From: a virus
IMG/VR virus record: IMGVR_UViG_3300044994_000320
Span: 23,212 to 87,211 of that record
Length of the DNA stretch: 64,000 bases
Strand: one strand, 5' to 3'
Every line of letters begins with the position of its first letter. Within the stretch, counting starts at the first letter, position 1. Position numbers and translations under genes: made by a program. Of the stretch, positions 28,658 through 38,866 are shown piece by piece. The notes under the pieces were generated by a model, which ran no database searches, was not told the DNA's origin, and saw nothing but the letters and a program-made list of their open reading frames with translations.

Positions 28658-29140
28658 ATGCCAGCACCAGTAACATTTGCGAATGGATATTACGCGCCGA
28701 ACCCAGAAGTTCGTCACAAGTATCGCTTTCGCGTTTACGATAACGCAAATCAGCAAATCGGTTCGTTTACCGAGATTAACGGTTTGCAAAAAGAAACAGA
28801 GGTCGTTGAGTGGAGAACAGGTGATGATAATTTCACAAAAACTCTCCCCGGCGTCTCAAAACAAAGTCCGATTACACTGATCCGAGGCATTGACGATAAC
28901 TCATATTTTGAGCTATGGTATGAGCGTGTGTGGAGTCGTAATTCGGAACCATCCCGTCAATATAAGCGTGACTTGTACATCATTGTCTCCAATCGTGACG
29001 GCACTGACTACAAGCAGATTAACGTGTACGGAGCGTGGCCATCCAAGTATATTCTTGGAGACCTTAACGCCAAAGATTCTGCTCCATGGGTTGAAACATT
29101 AGAAATGCAGCACGATGGCTGGGATTCAGTCAATCTGTAA
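28658..29140 (+). CDS. tail tube protein (T4 gp19 / Afp1-5 type)
   Basis: FTEINGL..ETEVVEWRTG..LPG..ITLIRG..AWPSKY..L.A..E.LE. Confidence 0.93.
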   Translation: MPAPVTFANGYYAPNPEVRHKYRFRVYDNANQQIGSFTEINGLQKETEVVEWRTGDDNFTKTLPGVSKQSPITLIRGIDDNSYFELWYERVWSRNSEPSRQYKRDLYIIVSNRDGTDYKQINVYGAWPSKYILGDLNAKDSAPWVETLEMQHDGWDSVNL

Positions 29141-29162
29141 GTTTCAGGAGGGTTGATTACAA

Positions 29163-29945
29163 ATGGCTAAAATGGAAGGTTGTCTTGAAAAAGAAGTTCC
29201 GCTCATGTTTCCGATAAAAAATTCGGAAGGGCAAGACATCAAAAAATTAACTGTAAGAGAAGTGGTAGGCTACGACGAAGAGCATGTCAATCAGCCGCAA
29301 ATAAGAAACGCGCCGGTCGAATATCTTGTGAATCTCGTCTGGCGCTGTTCTTACCCTACAGTAGAAGGAGTGTCTTTTAGCGAAGAAGATGCCGCTAAAT
29401 TGGCCGTCCCTGATAGAGATAATCTTGTAAACCAAATAGGGATTCTTTCTGTCGGAGATGATTATACTGTTGAATGGTCTTGTCGATTTTGCGGCGCTAA
29501 TAATACGGAAAAAAGAAAACGCTCAGAGCTTAAGGTGATCAATAAGCTAAAAGAAGGCGCTGTTGCAGCGCCTTTTAAGTTCAAAAAACCCTATGTTAAA
29601 AACATAGTCAAGGAAGACAAGAAAGAGACTTTGACGTACACAGAAGGCATGATCACTATTGTAAATAATAGTGAGCTTTCTCGTGAGCTTTACAAAAAAT
29701 TCGGGTCAGTGGATACGAACAACGGCGAAGTACGTTCGTATATCTATGCCCGATCTTGCCGTTACCCCGGTAAGCCAAATTTACAGATCACTGATTACCA
29801 GCGTATGACTAAGTCGCAGCGAGACGATATACAAGCTGCGTATGACGATTACGCGGTGTCTTTTGGGTACGGCAAAGAAAGCTCCTGCTTCAAATGCGGT
29901 AAAAGGCAAGAAGTTTTAGGGGCCCCAAGTTTTTTCTTCGCTTAA
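29163..29945 (+). CDS. tail assembly chaperone (gpG-like, Zn-ribbon)
   Basis: Between tube and tape measure; DRD motif, CRFC and CFKC; ends at a slippery site. Confidence 0.75.
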   Translation: MAKMEGCLEKEVPLMFPIKNSEGQDIKKLTVREVVGYDEEHVNQPQIRNAPVEYLVNLVWRCSYPTVEGVSFSEEDAAKLAVPDRDNLVNQIGILSVGDDYTVEWSCRFCGANNTEKRKRSELKVINKLKEGAVAAPFKFKKPYVKNIVKEDKKETLTYTEGMITIVNNSELSRELYKKFGSVDTNNGEVRSYIYARSCRYPGKPNLQITDYQRMTKSQRDDIQAAYDDYAVSFGYGKESSCFKCGKRQEVLGAPSFFFA

Positions 29946-30148
29946 ACCTCTTCGATGAGAACCCAGACCCGACTGTCGAAGAGGGAGAGCATCACGCCTC
30001 GATCTATTATCAAGCGCTGATTTTAGGTCGATTTGTTGGGTGGAGTTGGCATGATACCATGTCAGTACCATCAAGGGTTCGGGCCGTTATGCTCGAAGTA
30101 GTAACGAAAAAATTTAAGGACCCAAAGGACGGTAAGTTACACCTATGA
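29930..30148 (+). CDS. -1 frameshift extension of tail chaperone (gpGT-like)
   Basis: Slippery T TTT TTC at 29930-29936; -1 frame open to TGA 30146-30148, overlapping the TMP ATG; reads ..IYYQALILGRFVGWSWHDTMSVPSRVR.. Confidence 0.8.
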   Translation, partial: FFLRLNLFDENPDPTVEEGEHHASIYYQALILGRFVGWSWHDTMSVPSRVRAVMLEVVTKKFKDPKDGKLHL

Positions 30149-32874
30149 CCTCGACAGAGACATCCATTCTAGGCATCGTCGCTACGTTCAAAGACATGGC
30201 CTCTGCCGGTCTGGATAAGATGAGCGCTTCTTACAAGAATTTTACAAATCAAGTTAAAGGCGATGGCGGGAAGAGCTTCCGTCAAATATCCGAATCTGCG
30301 GACAATTTTTCAAAGAAAGCAGACAAGTTGGCACTAACCGCAGGTGTTGCTGCAGCAGGTACGGGTATGGCCTTTAATTCTTTAATCAAAGAGGCGCGCG
30401 AATTAGAGGCTGTCATGCTTAAGCTCGATATGTTTGGTGGTATTACAAAAGGCACCAAAGATTACGAAAAAGCAGAAGCCATGATTAAAAAATTTGGTGT
30501 AGATTCGGTTTTTACACTTAAAGAAGTAGGCGATGCTGTTACCGATTTTTTGAAACGCGGATATTCTCTTGAAAAAGCTGAATTTTTAGCTAAAGCTGCG
30601 GATAAGTTTGCAGTAATTTCTGGCGGAGAAATCACCATCGCCCAAGCCGCAAATTTTATGATTTCTGCAATCGACAAAGCCGGAATAGACATAAACAAGT
30701 TCTCTACTGATGGCGGTAAACAGATTAGCGAGCTAAGTTATGCTTTTGATATGATGGCAAAAAGTGCAGACATCGCCAAAATGGACATAAAAGACCTCCC
30801 TATTCTATTTAACTCTATGCGTCAGTCTATGCAAGAAACCGGCTCTACTATGAAAGACCCCAAAAAGTTTGCTGGTATGCTTGTCCAAGCTGGAATTGCC
30901 CAGAACCTCGGTATGCAGCCTGCCGAAGCAGGTCAGTTACTTGCAGCAACTTCAAGAAAATTTGCCGAGTTTGCTCGCACAGCCACTTTAGATAAACTGG
31001 GTGGTGGCAAATCTCGCGGAGGCCAAGCTCGAAATATCTTAAGTAGAATTTTTGGCACAAATGAAGAGTTGCGTAAGTGGATGACGGATGCAGATGGAAA
31101 TTTTCGCGATACAGGCGAGATGATTTTGGAGTTTAATCAACGTATTGATAAACTCGGGCTAAATAACGTAGAACGGCAAGGAGCTCTCGGCATGATTTTC
31201 GACATGCTGTCTAAACAGTCTTCGGCGAATTTTAGGTCTATAAAAGTAGAAGCCAGAGACGTGCTTTATGAAGTGGATAACATGGGAAGAAAAACGAATA
31301 AAGTCTTGTTTGACCCTACTGCGCACAAGAATTGGAGAAAAGACATAAAAGCTGCGGTATTGGAAGGAGCAGAAGCATACGCTTATCTACAGTTGCAAAT
31401 TCAAAATGCTTCTGGCTACCAAGATGTGCTTTATGATAAAGTGGTTAAAGGTTCAGAGTACACTAAAAAAGCTTTCGAAGGCGCTATTGGAACTATGAAA
31501 GCTGTTTATGGTAAGCCCGCGCTCGAAGTGTGGGATGCCCTATTAAATAAGATAGGCGCGTTTGCAACTTGGTTGACAAAGATAGGGGAAAACAATCCAG
31601 CTTTTGCAAAATTTGTATCGTATGGCTTTATGGCTGCCGCTGGATTTACTGCTTTACTCACGGTTTTAGGGGTTGTTGGTAGCGTACTCGGTAGAGGTTT
31701 TGCCATTATGACCGGAGGTCTTGCTTCGCTTCAAGCTCGTCTTGCGAGCGTAACTGGTGCTGAAACTGCGTTAGCCGCTAATTCAACTGCCACGGCAGCG
31801 GCCCTTACCCGGCAAAATCTATTGATGAACACTAAAGCCGCTACGTCTACCCGTTTGGCTTATTCGCTTCAAGGTGCGGCCATTGCCGAGACTACTCTTG
31901 CAAAAGCGTCTGCAGCTGGCATGGTTACTACCGGTGGTTTTAACCCCGGAGCGAGTATCCCAGTAGGTGTTGCCGGAAAAGGCAACATCTTAAAGCGTAT
32001 GTGGCAAGGTACTAAAGGCATGCTTAAAGGTGGTGGTCTTATCAGCGCTGCCGTAAGCTTGGCCCCAATGGCCGTTTCTGCTATGAGCGAAATACCTACT
32101 GCCAAAGGACTTACTCCTGACCAAACTGCTCAAGGTGCAACAGCCGAGAATATCGCCGCCGTTTCAGAGCAAAAAAAGCAAGAAATGCTTTCGCAGCTAC
32201 AGAATCACGGGTTTACTAAGGCGCAGGCTGAAGCCGAAGTCGCAAAATATAGCGCAGAGCATTTTGCTACGGCCGCAAAAAATGACATAGAAAAAGCCAA
32301 AAATGAGTGGACTATTGCTAAAGGTCTTGCCTCAGAAACATCTTCTACTGCAAGTACGGTTTTTGCTATTCTTGGTGGAGTTGTAGGTGCAGCTATCGGA
32401 TTTTTTGGTGGTGGCGTAGGCGCGGCTCCGGGAGCTATGGCTGGCATGGGCTTGGGTTCAGGTCTCGGCAGTTTCATAGGCGCAGCTATGGACAAGTACA
32501 ATCTCGATTGGAAGGACATTGCAATCGGCGCTATCCCGGGCTACGGCGCATACCACATCGGCAAAAAAATCATGGCAGGTCCAACAGGCTCCAGTGTTAC
32601 AGGATCAGATGTTGTTGGGCCGGTGCAAGGCCCCGTTCAGTTTAAGCCTGGCGACAATAAAGTTAATATAAATCTTGTTGTTCCGAAAGCTGACGAAGCT
32701 CGTATTGCCCAAGAAGTTCGTTCAGGTATTCAAAGCGATATGGCAAATGGCGAGTTAAATGTTCGCATAAATGGAACTTCTGTTTCCTCAGAAAGAAAAG
32801 GCAGTACGGCACCCTACGTATCTTCCTCGCCTCTATCGGCTGATAAGGCTGCGGCATTTCTAAGAGGCAGATAA
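30145..32874 (+). CDS. tape measure protein
   Basis: 909 aa, Ala/Gly-rich helical, FKDMASAGL N-terminus, hydrophobic segments; canonical position. Confidence 0.9.
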   Translation: MTSTETSILGIVATFKDMASAGLDKMSASYKNFTNQVKGDGGKSFRQISESADNFSKKADKLALTAGVAAAGTGMAFNSLIKEARELEAVMLKLDMFGGITKGTKDYEKAEAMIKKFGVDSVFTLKEVGDAVTDFLKRGYSLEKAEFLAKAADKFAVISGGEITIAQAANFMISAIDKAGIDINKFSTDGGKQISELSYAFDMMAKSADIAKMDIKDLPILFNSMRQSMQETGSTMKDPKKFAGMLVQAGIAQNLGMQPAEAGQLLAATSRKFAEFARTATLDKLGGGKSRGGQARNILSRIFGTNEELRKWMTDADGNFRDTGEMILEFNQRIDKLGLNNVERQGALGMIFDMLSKQSSANFRSIKVEARDVLYEVDNMGRKTNKVLFDPTAHKNWRKDIKAAVLEGAEAYAYLQLQIQNASGYQDVLYDKVVKGSEYTKKAFEGAIGTMKAVYGKPALEVWDALLNKIGAFATWLTKIGENNPAFAKFVSYGFMAAAGFTALLTVLGVVGSVLGRGFAIMTGGLASLQARLASVTGAETALAANSTATAAALTRQNLLMNTKAATSTRLAYSLQGAAIAETTLAKASAAGMVTTGGFNPGASIPVGVAGKGNILKRMWQGTKGMLKGGGLISAAVSLAPMAVSAMSEIPTAKGLTPDQTAQGATAENIAAVSEQKKQEMLSQLQNHGFTKAQAEAEVAKYSAEHFATAAKNDIEKAKNEWTIAKGLASETSSTASTVFAILGGVVGAAIGFFGGGVGAAPGAMAGMGLGSGLGSFIGAAMDKYNLDWKDIAIGAIPGYGAYHIGKKIMAGPTGSSVTGSDVVGPVQGPVQFKPGDNKVNINLVVPKADEARIAQEVRSGIQSDMANGELNVRINGTSVSSERKGSTAPYVSSSPLSADKAAAFLRGR

Positions 32875-32875
32875 A

Positions 32876-33619
32876 ATGACCAGCATTGTAACAGCCCTTT
32901 TAGGGTCTACTGCGCAAAAGAATTTCAAAGGATTTTTGTTTAGTTATGATAACATCCCCCCACTGTTCGTTAAATTTGGATGGAACCCTGAAACCTATAC
33001 GGATGATTGGCAGTCAGAATTTGCGGAGATAAAAACTCCTTTTTCCCGCGCGCCACGTTTAGTGTGGACTGGTAATTCCTCAAGAATCTTTACTTTCGGC
33101 CTACGTGCCGACCAAGATGCGCCTACATCTTGTTGGGATGGGTTTCTCAAGAGACAACAAGCTCTCGAAGCGGCAAAAGCAACTGGTAAAACAGGCGAAC
33201 AACTTCGCGCAGAAACTATCGCAAAAACTTCGGAGGTAAAAAGCGAAGAAGACGCTTCTATTGGCCCGGAAGGTATTGAAGTCTTAATTTCGGCCATGGA
33301 GCAGCTCAAGTTACCAAAAAGCCCGCTTATCACCGGCGCTTTAAGCTTGGCTGGCAGCTTCGGCCTCCTAAAAGGCGGCGCCGGTGCGTCAAACGCGGCA
33401 CCACCGAGGGCAATTTTAGGTCTGGGATGGGGAAAGTTCGTCCAAGGCTACGTTCGCAAGTGCACGCCAAAAATTGAAAAGCTGAATAGCGCCATGCGTC
33501 CAACACGTGTGCAGTTTGAGATTGAGTTTGTTGTTGAGCCCGGTACTCTTCTTCAATATGTGGAAGACATGGCACGTATTGCAAACAATTTTATCGGTCT
33601 GTCTAATTTTTGGAGCTAA
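32876..33619 (+). CDS. tail tube initiator (CIS-tube / gp48-54-like)
   Basis: F.WNPETY, PPR..L.WG, P.R...IEF motifs; after TMP. Confidence 0.7.
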   Translation: MTSIVTALLGSTAQKNFKGFLFSYDNIPPLFVKFGWNPETYTDDWQSEFAEIKTPFSRAPRLVWTGNSSRIFTFGLRADQDAPTSCWDGFLKRQQALEAAKATGKTGEQLRAETIAKTSEVKSEEDASIGPEGIEVLISAMEQLKLPKSPLITGALSLAGSFGLLKGGAGASNAAPPRAILGLGWGKFVQGYVRKCTPKIEKLNSAMRPTRVQFEIEFVVEPGTLLQYVEDMARIANNFIGLSNFWS

Positions 33620-33621
33620 CA

Positions 33622-33900
33622 ATGATTTTGTTTGACCAAAATACTTCTGTCGTATTCTTTGGAAACGACGTAGTTCGTATTCGTGAATTCCGTTCTCGCC
33701 TGAATTTGTCAGACGACCAAAAAGTGCATGTAACAATGCCACTAGAAAATTACAAGCGCCTTGATTTACAAGCCGCCGCGCTCTACGGTGATATATCCAT
33801 GACCGACCTTCTTTTAGAATTTACTGATAAGCCATATTTCGAGTGGGGTGTTAATGAAGCTATTATTGCTGTCAGCCCTCAGTACGCTGTTATTTTTTAA
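33622..33900 (+). CDS. baseplate LysM / tail-X-like protein
   Basis: RLDLQAAALYGD motif; start moved to ATG 33622 (GGAG SD). Confidence 0.65.
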   Translation: MILFDQNTSVVFFGNDVVRIREFRSRLNLSDDQKVHVTMPLENYKRLDLQAAALYGDISMTDLLLEFTDKPYFEWGVNEAIIAVSPQYAVIF

Positions 33901-33904
33901 GTGT

Positions 33905-35689
33905 ATGAATCCTTCCGTAAGCAGCTTACTCGACAAAGTCCTTTACGATAAAAATTCCGCTTTCTACGACATCGAGTTCACAGACATCGACGGTAATGAG
34001 CAACCATTCAGCACTTTCGTAGAACGTTTCTTTTCGAAAACTCTTCGAGATCGTGTTGAGAGCATCGAAATTACAGATCAGATTAACGGCCCAAACTCAG
34101 CCGTAATTGTTTTTTCCGGGCTTTCAAGAAATGAAGCAGATAGCCCTTTTTTCGATGAAATGAATTTGACTTATGTAAAAGTAAAAGTCGGATACTACTA
34201 TACTGCAGCGCCTGTGCCAGCTTCACGACAATTATTTGAGGGTTTGCTGTACAATATCGAATGGGATTATCGCGAAACAGGTATCGTGGCAATTTGCCAT
34301 TTCGTAGAGAAACTTTACGATGTTTTTGATCAACCTTTTAGCGAATTTGCGAGTCTCGTTTCTGACAAAGAAACAAAAAATCAATCTGTTACTGTTGTTG
34401 AATTTCTTACGCGCGTGGCTAAAAAAGAGAATTTCAATTTCGTTTCGTATGTCGTGGATAATGAAAATCAGCCCGTGAAGTCTTTTTATGAGGCGCCGTA
34501 TAAGCCATCTATGTCTGCAAAAGCTACGCTCATGGATTACATAAAAGACGTTGTTAAGAGGTATCATACCGGTTATTTAGTTAAAGAGAACTTTTTGTAT
34601 ATCGGTCACCCAGATACTCCTATTGACGCTTCAAAAGTTTTTGTGTACGGGGTTAATCAAGATTTTTCAGTAGGTGGAGTCAGCTTACCTATTCCACTTG
34701 GGCCCCCAACTTCCGGGTTAAATAAGGAAAACGAAGAATTAAGCCCTAATGAAAAAAAGCGCCTCGCAGCTTTTGTAGAAGACCATTTTGAAAAGATACA
34801 GATTCAGTACAGAGACCCAAAAGACGTGTATAGAAATAACTTTGTGGCTATTGTTGGAGAAGACAACGGCTTTCCCGTTCTCAAAAAAATCAGCCAACTA
34901 GCAAAAGATGCGACGTTCTCTCAGAAAGCAATAAAAAAAGGATTAAAGAAAGAAGCCAAGAAAAGGCTAAAAGGCGAATCTAAGTCTTCTTTTTTTGTCG
35001 AGACTCCTGGTGTTAGCGTAGGCAAAAAAGGAGTTACACGTGCGCAGTTAAAAAAAGCCCACGCAGAAAAAGGTAAAAAAATTGAAGCGGCCCAAGAGTC
35101 GGTCGACTCTTATGTTCTGCATAATCCTACGCAGGTCTCTGGAACGGTAAAAGATGCGCAAGAAAAAGCGCTTCTCGATATCAGGAAAAAAATGCTCCAG
35201 CAGCTTGTATGTATAGTTACCGGTTGTCCAGGCGATAACGCCTTCGGAACTCCGTTTGCGTTTACCGTTTTAGGGTTGGCTAAAATCCATCAGGGAAAAT
35301 ACAGTGCAGTAAAAGTCGTACATCGCATTGATACCTCTCAAGGGTACTCTATGGATATTCACGGAGTAAAATTTAGGCATTTCGCGGTAGATGCGGTCAT
35401 AGACAAAGCCCTGCCTCCAAAGCCTACGGCTCCTCCAGGCCCTAAGCCAAAAGAAAGATACGTCTATCGAATTAAAAGATTCAATGGTCATGTCATTTCT
35501 CACCACAAGGTAGAGTCCAAGGCTGTATCTGACGCAAAGCACCGTCTACTTAAAGCCGAACTCAACCTTGATGACGCTTTTCAGTTTGAGGAGATATACA
35601 AAGAAGATCTTGCCACAGTTCGTGGAGAGGGCCACCAAACCCCACAGTTCGAGACAGTCCCAGCGGGGACACCTAGAACCCCATTTTAG
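33905..35689 (+). CDS. baseplate hub (late control D / gp27-like)
   Basis: VKVGYY..LFEG N-terminus, GKYS..V.H.I..GY C-terminus; before spike; start moved to ATG 33905. Confidence 0.75.
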   Translation: MNPSVSSLLDKVLYDKNSAFYDIEFTDIDGNEQPFSTFVERFFSKTLRDRVESIEITDQINGPNSAVIVFSGLSRNEADSPFFDEMNLTYVKVKVGYYYTAAPVPASRQLFEGLLYNIEWDYRETGIVAICHFVEKLYDVFDQPFSEFASLVSDKETKNQSVTVVEFLTRVAKKENFNFVSYVVDNENQPVKSFYEAPYKPSMSAKATLMDYIKDVVKRYHTGYLVKENFLYIGHPDTPIDASKVFVYGVNQDFSVGGVSLPIPLGPPTSGLNKENEELSPNEKKRLAAFVEDHFEKIQIQYRDPKDVYRNNFVAIVGEDNGFPVLKKISQLAKDATFSQKAIKKGLKKEAKKRLKGESKSSFFVETPGVSVGKKGVTRAQLKKAHAEKGKKIEAAQESVDSYVLHNPTQVSGTVKDAQEKALLDIRKKMLQQLVCIVTGCPGDNAFGTPFAFTVLGLAKIHQGKYSAVKVVHRIDTSQGYSMDIHGVKFRHFAVDAVIDKALPPKPTAPPGPKPKERYVYRIKRFNGHVISHHKVESKAVSDAKHRLLKAELNLDDAFQFEEIYKEDLATVRGEGHQTPQFETVPAGTPRTPF

Positions 35690-35690
35690 T

Positions 35691-36641
35691 ATGAATCTGT
35701 TTCTCGGTAAATACAAGGCCACAGTATTCGATGTCATCGAAGGAGACGACGTTGGTGCAGGCTTCGCAAAAATTCGCGTAATCTGCCCAAAAGTTTATGG
35801 TATTGATTATGAAGGCAATTACGTCGTAAGTCCTCCGTGTCAGGCGTGTGTCCCTTCTCCTCACGATTACCACGTACCAGAGCCAGGTCAAAAGGTTTGG
35901 ATAGAATTTGAAGAAGGCGATCCTGAATTTCCAATATGGGTAGGCTCTTACCCCTCTATCGACCAACAGCGTGTAGACGAGCCAAAAAAAGCAGGCGATA
36001 ACCCACTTCTCATAGAAAAGAAAAAAGAAGGTCGCCCAAAATCTGTCGTAAATGATGAAGAGGTTCACGATAGAGTAATCGGTAGCCGTTTTGGAAGTTA
36101 CTTAAAATTCGACGATACTAACGAGTTGCTTATTCTACAAGTTTTTGGCCCGACTGCCGATAAGCCAGATCAAGCAGGCCCTATTATCATTCTTGACAAT
36201 AAAAATAAGCAAGTGCAGTTAATGTCACCGAGCGGTAATTTAATCAATGTCACAAAAGACTCCATCTACATGACAGCGTCTGATGGCTCAAAAGGTGGGT
36301 ATATTGGTCTAAAGCCGAATAAATTGGATATAATTGCCGGCTCCGTTGTAATGACTTGCGAAGATACGTTTCATCTAAGATCCGCTAAATTGTTACTCGG
36401 CACAGGTACAGGTGGAGAGCCCGCCGTTTTAGGTAATAAGTTGCTGCAGCAGCTTTCAGACATGCTTAACCCGCTCAATACACTCGCACAGCAGTTTCTT
36501 GTGCCACTCATAGGGCCTGCGTCGTATTCGCCCTCGGTTGCTCTGGCTGCGTCTACAGTAATAGCGCAAATTTCCGCTATGCAACTTTTATTGACGCCGT
36601 TGACTTCTACTCTCGTGAGTAAGCAGGTTACGGTTTCATAA
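35691..36641 (+). CDS. baseplate spike (gpV / VgrG OB-fold)
   Basis: GKYKATV..IRV.CP..VPEPGQKVWIEFEEGDPEFPIWVG; EPAVLGNKL; start moved to ATG 35691. Confidence 0.88.
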   Translation: MNLFLGKYKATVFDVIEGDDVGAGFAKIRVICPKVYGIDYEGNYVVSPPCQACVPSPHDYHVPEPGQKVWIEFEEGDPEFPIWVGSYPSIDQQRVDEPKKAGDNPLLIEKKKEGRPKSVVNDEEVHDRVIGSRFGSYLKFDDTNELLILQVFGPTADKPDQAGPIIILDNKNKQVQLMSPSGNLINVTKDSIYMTASDGSKGGYIGLKPNKLDIIAGSVVMTCEDTFHLRSAKLLLGTGTGGEPAVLGNKLLQQLSDMLNPLNTLAQQFLVPLIGPASYSPSVALAASTVIAQISAMQLLLTPLTSTLVSKQVTVS

Positions 36642-37082
36642 ATGCCATGTATTGTATGTAAGAGATTCCCGGAAGCAGAGCATTGTTTTGACTTCCCCGT
36701 AATTACGCCCCCAGTATTGCCTGAGTTACCAAGCCTGCCTGAACTTCCCGAGATCCCCTCGTTCAGTCTCGATTTAGGCAGTTTCAGCCTCGGTTTACCG
36801 GGAATTGGTGGTCCGTCCTTTACGTTGCCCACTGTATCGCTCCCTGTTATCACACCGCCTATTTTGCCTTCTCTACCTGAACTTCCTGAACTCCCCGAAA
36901 TTCCAGATTTCGGTCTCGATCTCGGAAGCTTCAATTTTGGGTTACCAGGAATAGGCGGTCCGAATTTCACTTTACCCGCCGCGTCTCTGCCCTCTATTGT
37001 TCCCCCGGTGCTGCCATCACTCCCAGAGATTCCCGCACCGCCCGAAATCCCTAGTTTCGACATTTTACCGTGCGAGGTGTAA
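36642..37082 (+). CDS. Pro-rich repeat protein with terminal Cys residues
   Basis: About 2.5 copies of a 49-aa P/L/E-rich unit; fills the gap between spike and gp25 exactly. Confidence 0.7.
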   Translation: MPCIVCKRFPEAEHCFDFPVITPPVLPELPSLPELPEIPSFSLDLGSFSLGLPGIGGPSFTLPTVSLPVITPPILPSLPELPELPEIPDFGLDLGSFNFGLPGIGGPNFTLPAASLPSIVPPVLPSLPEIPAPPEIPSFDILPCEV

Positions 37083-37085
37083 CGA

Positions 37086-37451
37086 GTGAGTTTGAGCGTA
37101 GTGACACAATGGCAGATTAACGCTTCTGGTTCAATCTCTGTTGTTCAGGACACGCCTATCGACCTCGCTGGGGTGCGTGAGCAGGCTAAGATGCTTTTGC
37201 TTACCGATTTAGGCGAACTGGAAAACGAACCTACTTTCGGTACTCGTCTGAGCGAACTTGTTCATGCAGATCACAATTCTCAGACTTTGCAAGATTTGGT
37301 ACGAATTATCGTGTCCGAGTCTTTGGCTCAATGGATGCCCTATGTTTTTCTGCGCTCAGTTTTAGTGCAAGAAAAAGAACAAGGAGAAAAAAAGGTAGTG
37401 CTCGGCCTCGGCATCTTAGGCACAAGCCAGACTTTTCAGGTTGAGGTTTAA
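37086..37451 (+). CDS. baseplate wedge gp25/GPW-like protein
   Basis: LLTDLGE...PTFGTRL..W.P motif. Confidence 0.88.
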   Translation: MSLSVVTQWQINASGSISVVQDTPIDLAGVREQAKMLLLTDLGELENEPTFGTRLSELVHADHNSQTLQDLVRIIVSESLAQWMPYVFLRSVLVQEKEQGEKKVVLGLGILGTSQTFQVEV

Positions 37452-37453
37452 TT

Positions 37454-38866
37454 ATGCCAAAGTTTGATATAGACTACACCGCGCTTGATTACGATTCGCT
37501 ACTCGCGTTTCTTGATGATTCCGCAAAAAAATTGATTCCAGAATGGACTAATAGGTCTCCCACGGATGTAAACTGGGCTTTGTTGCAGCTTGTAGCGGGT
37601 ATCGTAGAGATTGCGAACTTTTATACCAATTTTGCGTACAACGAAAGCGTTCCATCTACTGTGCGCACGCGCTCCGGCTTTTACCGTCTTGCAAAATCTC
37701 GTGGCTTTTTCCCAAAGTTACGCCAAAGCGCTGTGCTGACTATGCAAGTAGAAAGAAGTGATGACACTGACCCCTATACTGTTCTTGAAGGTAGTAAAGT
37801 TACGGCTATTGACGGCAGGGAATACTTTGTTTTAGATAGAGTTACCTACGGTGCTGGCGAAGCCCTAAAAGAGATCGTAGCATTTTATGGACAATTTTTG
37901 CGCGTGGATATTGCTACTCCATCAGATGGTTCTGCATGGCAAGAATTTCGGGTCGCTCAAGACAGGATCATTACAGGAACTCTTCGCGTGTGGGTAGACT
38001 CTGGTTCAGGCTACGAGTGGTGGAAACCTGTAGATTCTTTAGCTCTTTCGTCCGCTACAGACAAAGAAGTCATGTATCAGATCGAAGAAGACGGCACAGT
38101 CTCTTTTCTTTTCGGTGATGGTGTAAACGGAGCAATCCCCCCATTAAATGCTAACATTCGCTATACTGTTGGTATCCAGCCAGCGCAATCCGAAGAAGAA
38201 GACTACGGCAATATAGGTGAAAACAGTATTGCCAGCATCGATGGCCTTCCCACGTCGTTTATTGTTCACCCGGCAGCAACAGCTGGAGCAAGCCCTCCCA
38301 CCCTATCTGATCTTGTCCGCGACTTAGCTCTTTTTGAATCCAGCTCCCAGCGGGCCGTGTCTTTGCGAGATTACGAATTTTTAGCGCGCCAGGTAAACGG
38401 CGTAAATTTTGCTAAAGCGGAAGTTGGTGGGCTAAATCTTACATTGCTGTATTGCTTTGACATTGCTGGAAATGCTCCGCCGCTTTATACGCGTCAGGCT
38501 GTTGAGGCATACGTTGGAAAGCGTCTTATTGAGGGCAAGCTTGTGAATGTCCGCATCCCAAGTGATTTGCCTGTCAACCTCGGCGTAGAGTTTAAGCTTA
38601 ATGCCAATGTTTCGCGCGATACCGCACAGACACTCTTAAACTCGCGCATTACTGCGCTATTTAAGTACCTGCGTTCAAATTTCGTTAAAGACGTAGAAAT
38701 TATGACCGTATATGCTTTCTTTTACCAGACACTCTCTCAGTACGGGCGCATTACGATAACGGAACTTAACAACGGCTCTTTTTTCGGCGCAAATAATTTT
38801 AGTCTGCAGCCATCACAAATTGTTTCTCAAGGCACTGTCAGCACAAGTCTTATAGGCGGTGTGTAG
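37454..38866 (+). CDS. baseplate J-like wedge protein
   Basis: IDYTALDYDS..IPEWTN, FGDGVNGAIP, RAVSLRDYE. Confidence 0.9.
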   Translation: MPKFDIDYTALDYDSLLAFLDDSAKKLIPEWTNRSPTDVNWALLQLVAGIVEIANFYTNFAYNESVPSTVRTRSGFYRLAKSRGFFPKLRQSAVLTMQVERSDDTDPYTVLEGSKVTAIDGREYFVLDRVTYGAGEALKEIVAFYGQFLRVDIATPSDGSAWQEFRVAQDRIITGTLRVWVDSGSGYEWWKPVDSLALSSATDKEVMYQIEEDGTVSFLFGDGVNGAIPPLNANIRYTVGIQPAQSEEEDYGNIGENSIASIDGLPTSFIVHPAATAGASPPTLSDLVRDLALFESSSQRAVSLRDYEFLARQVNGVNFAKAEVGGLNLTLLYCFDIAGNAPPLYTRQAVEAYVGKRLIEGKLVNVRIPSDLPVNLGVEFKLNANVSRDTAQTLLNSRITALFKYLRSNFVKDVEIMTVYAFFYQTLSQYGRITITELNNGSFFGANNFSLQPSQIVSQGTVSTSLIGGV

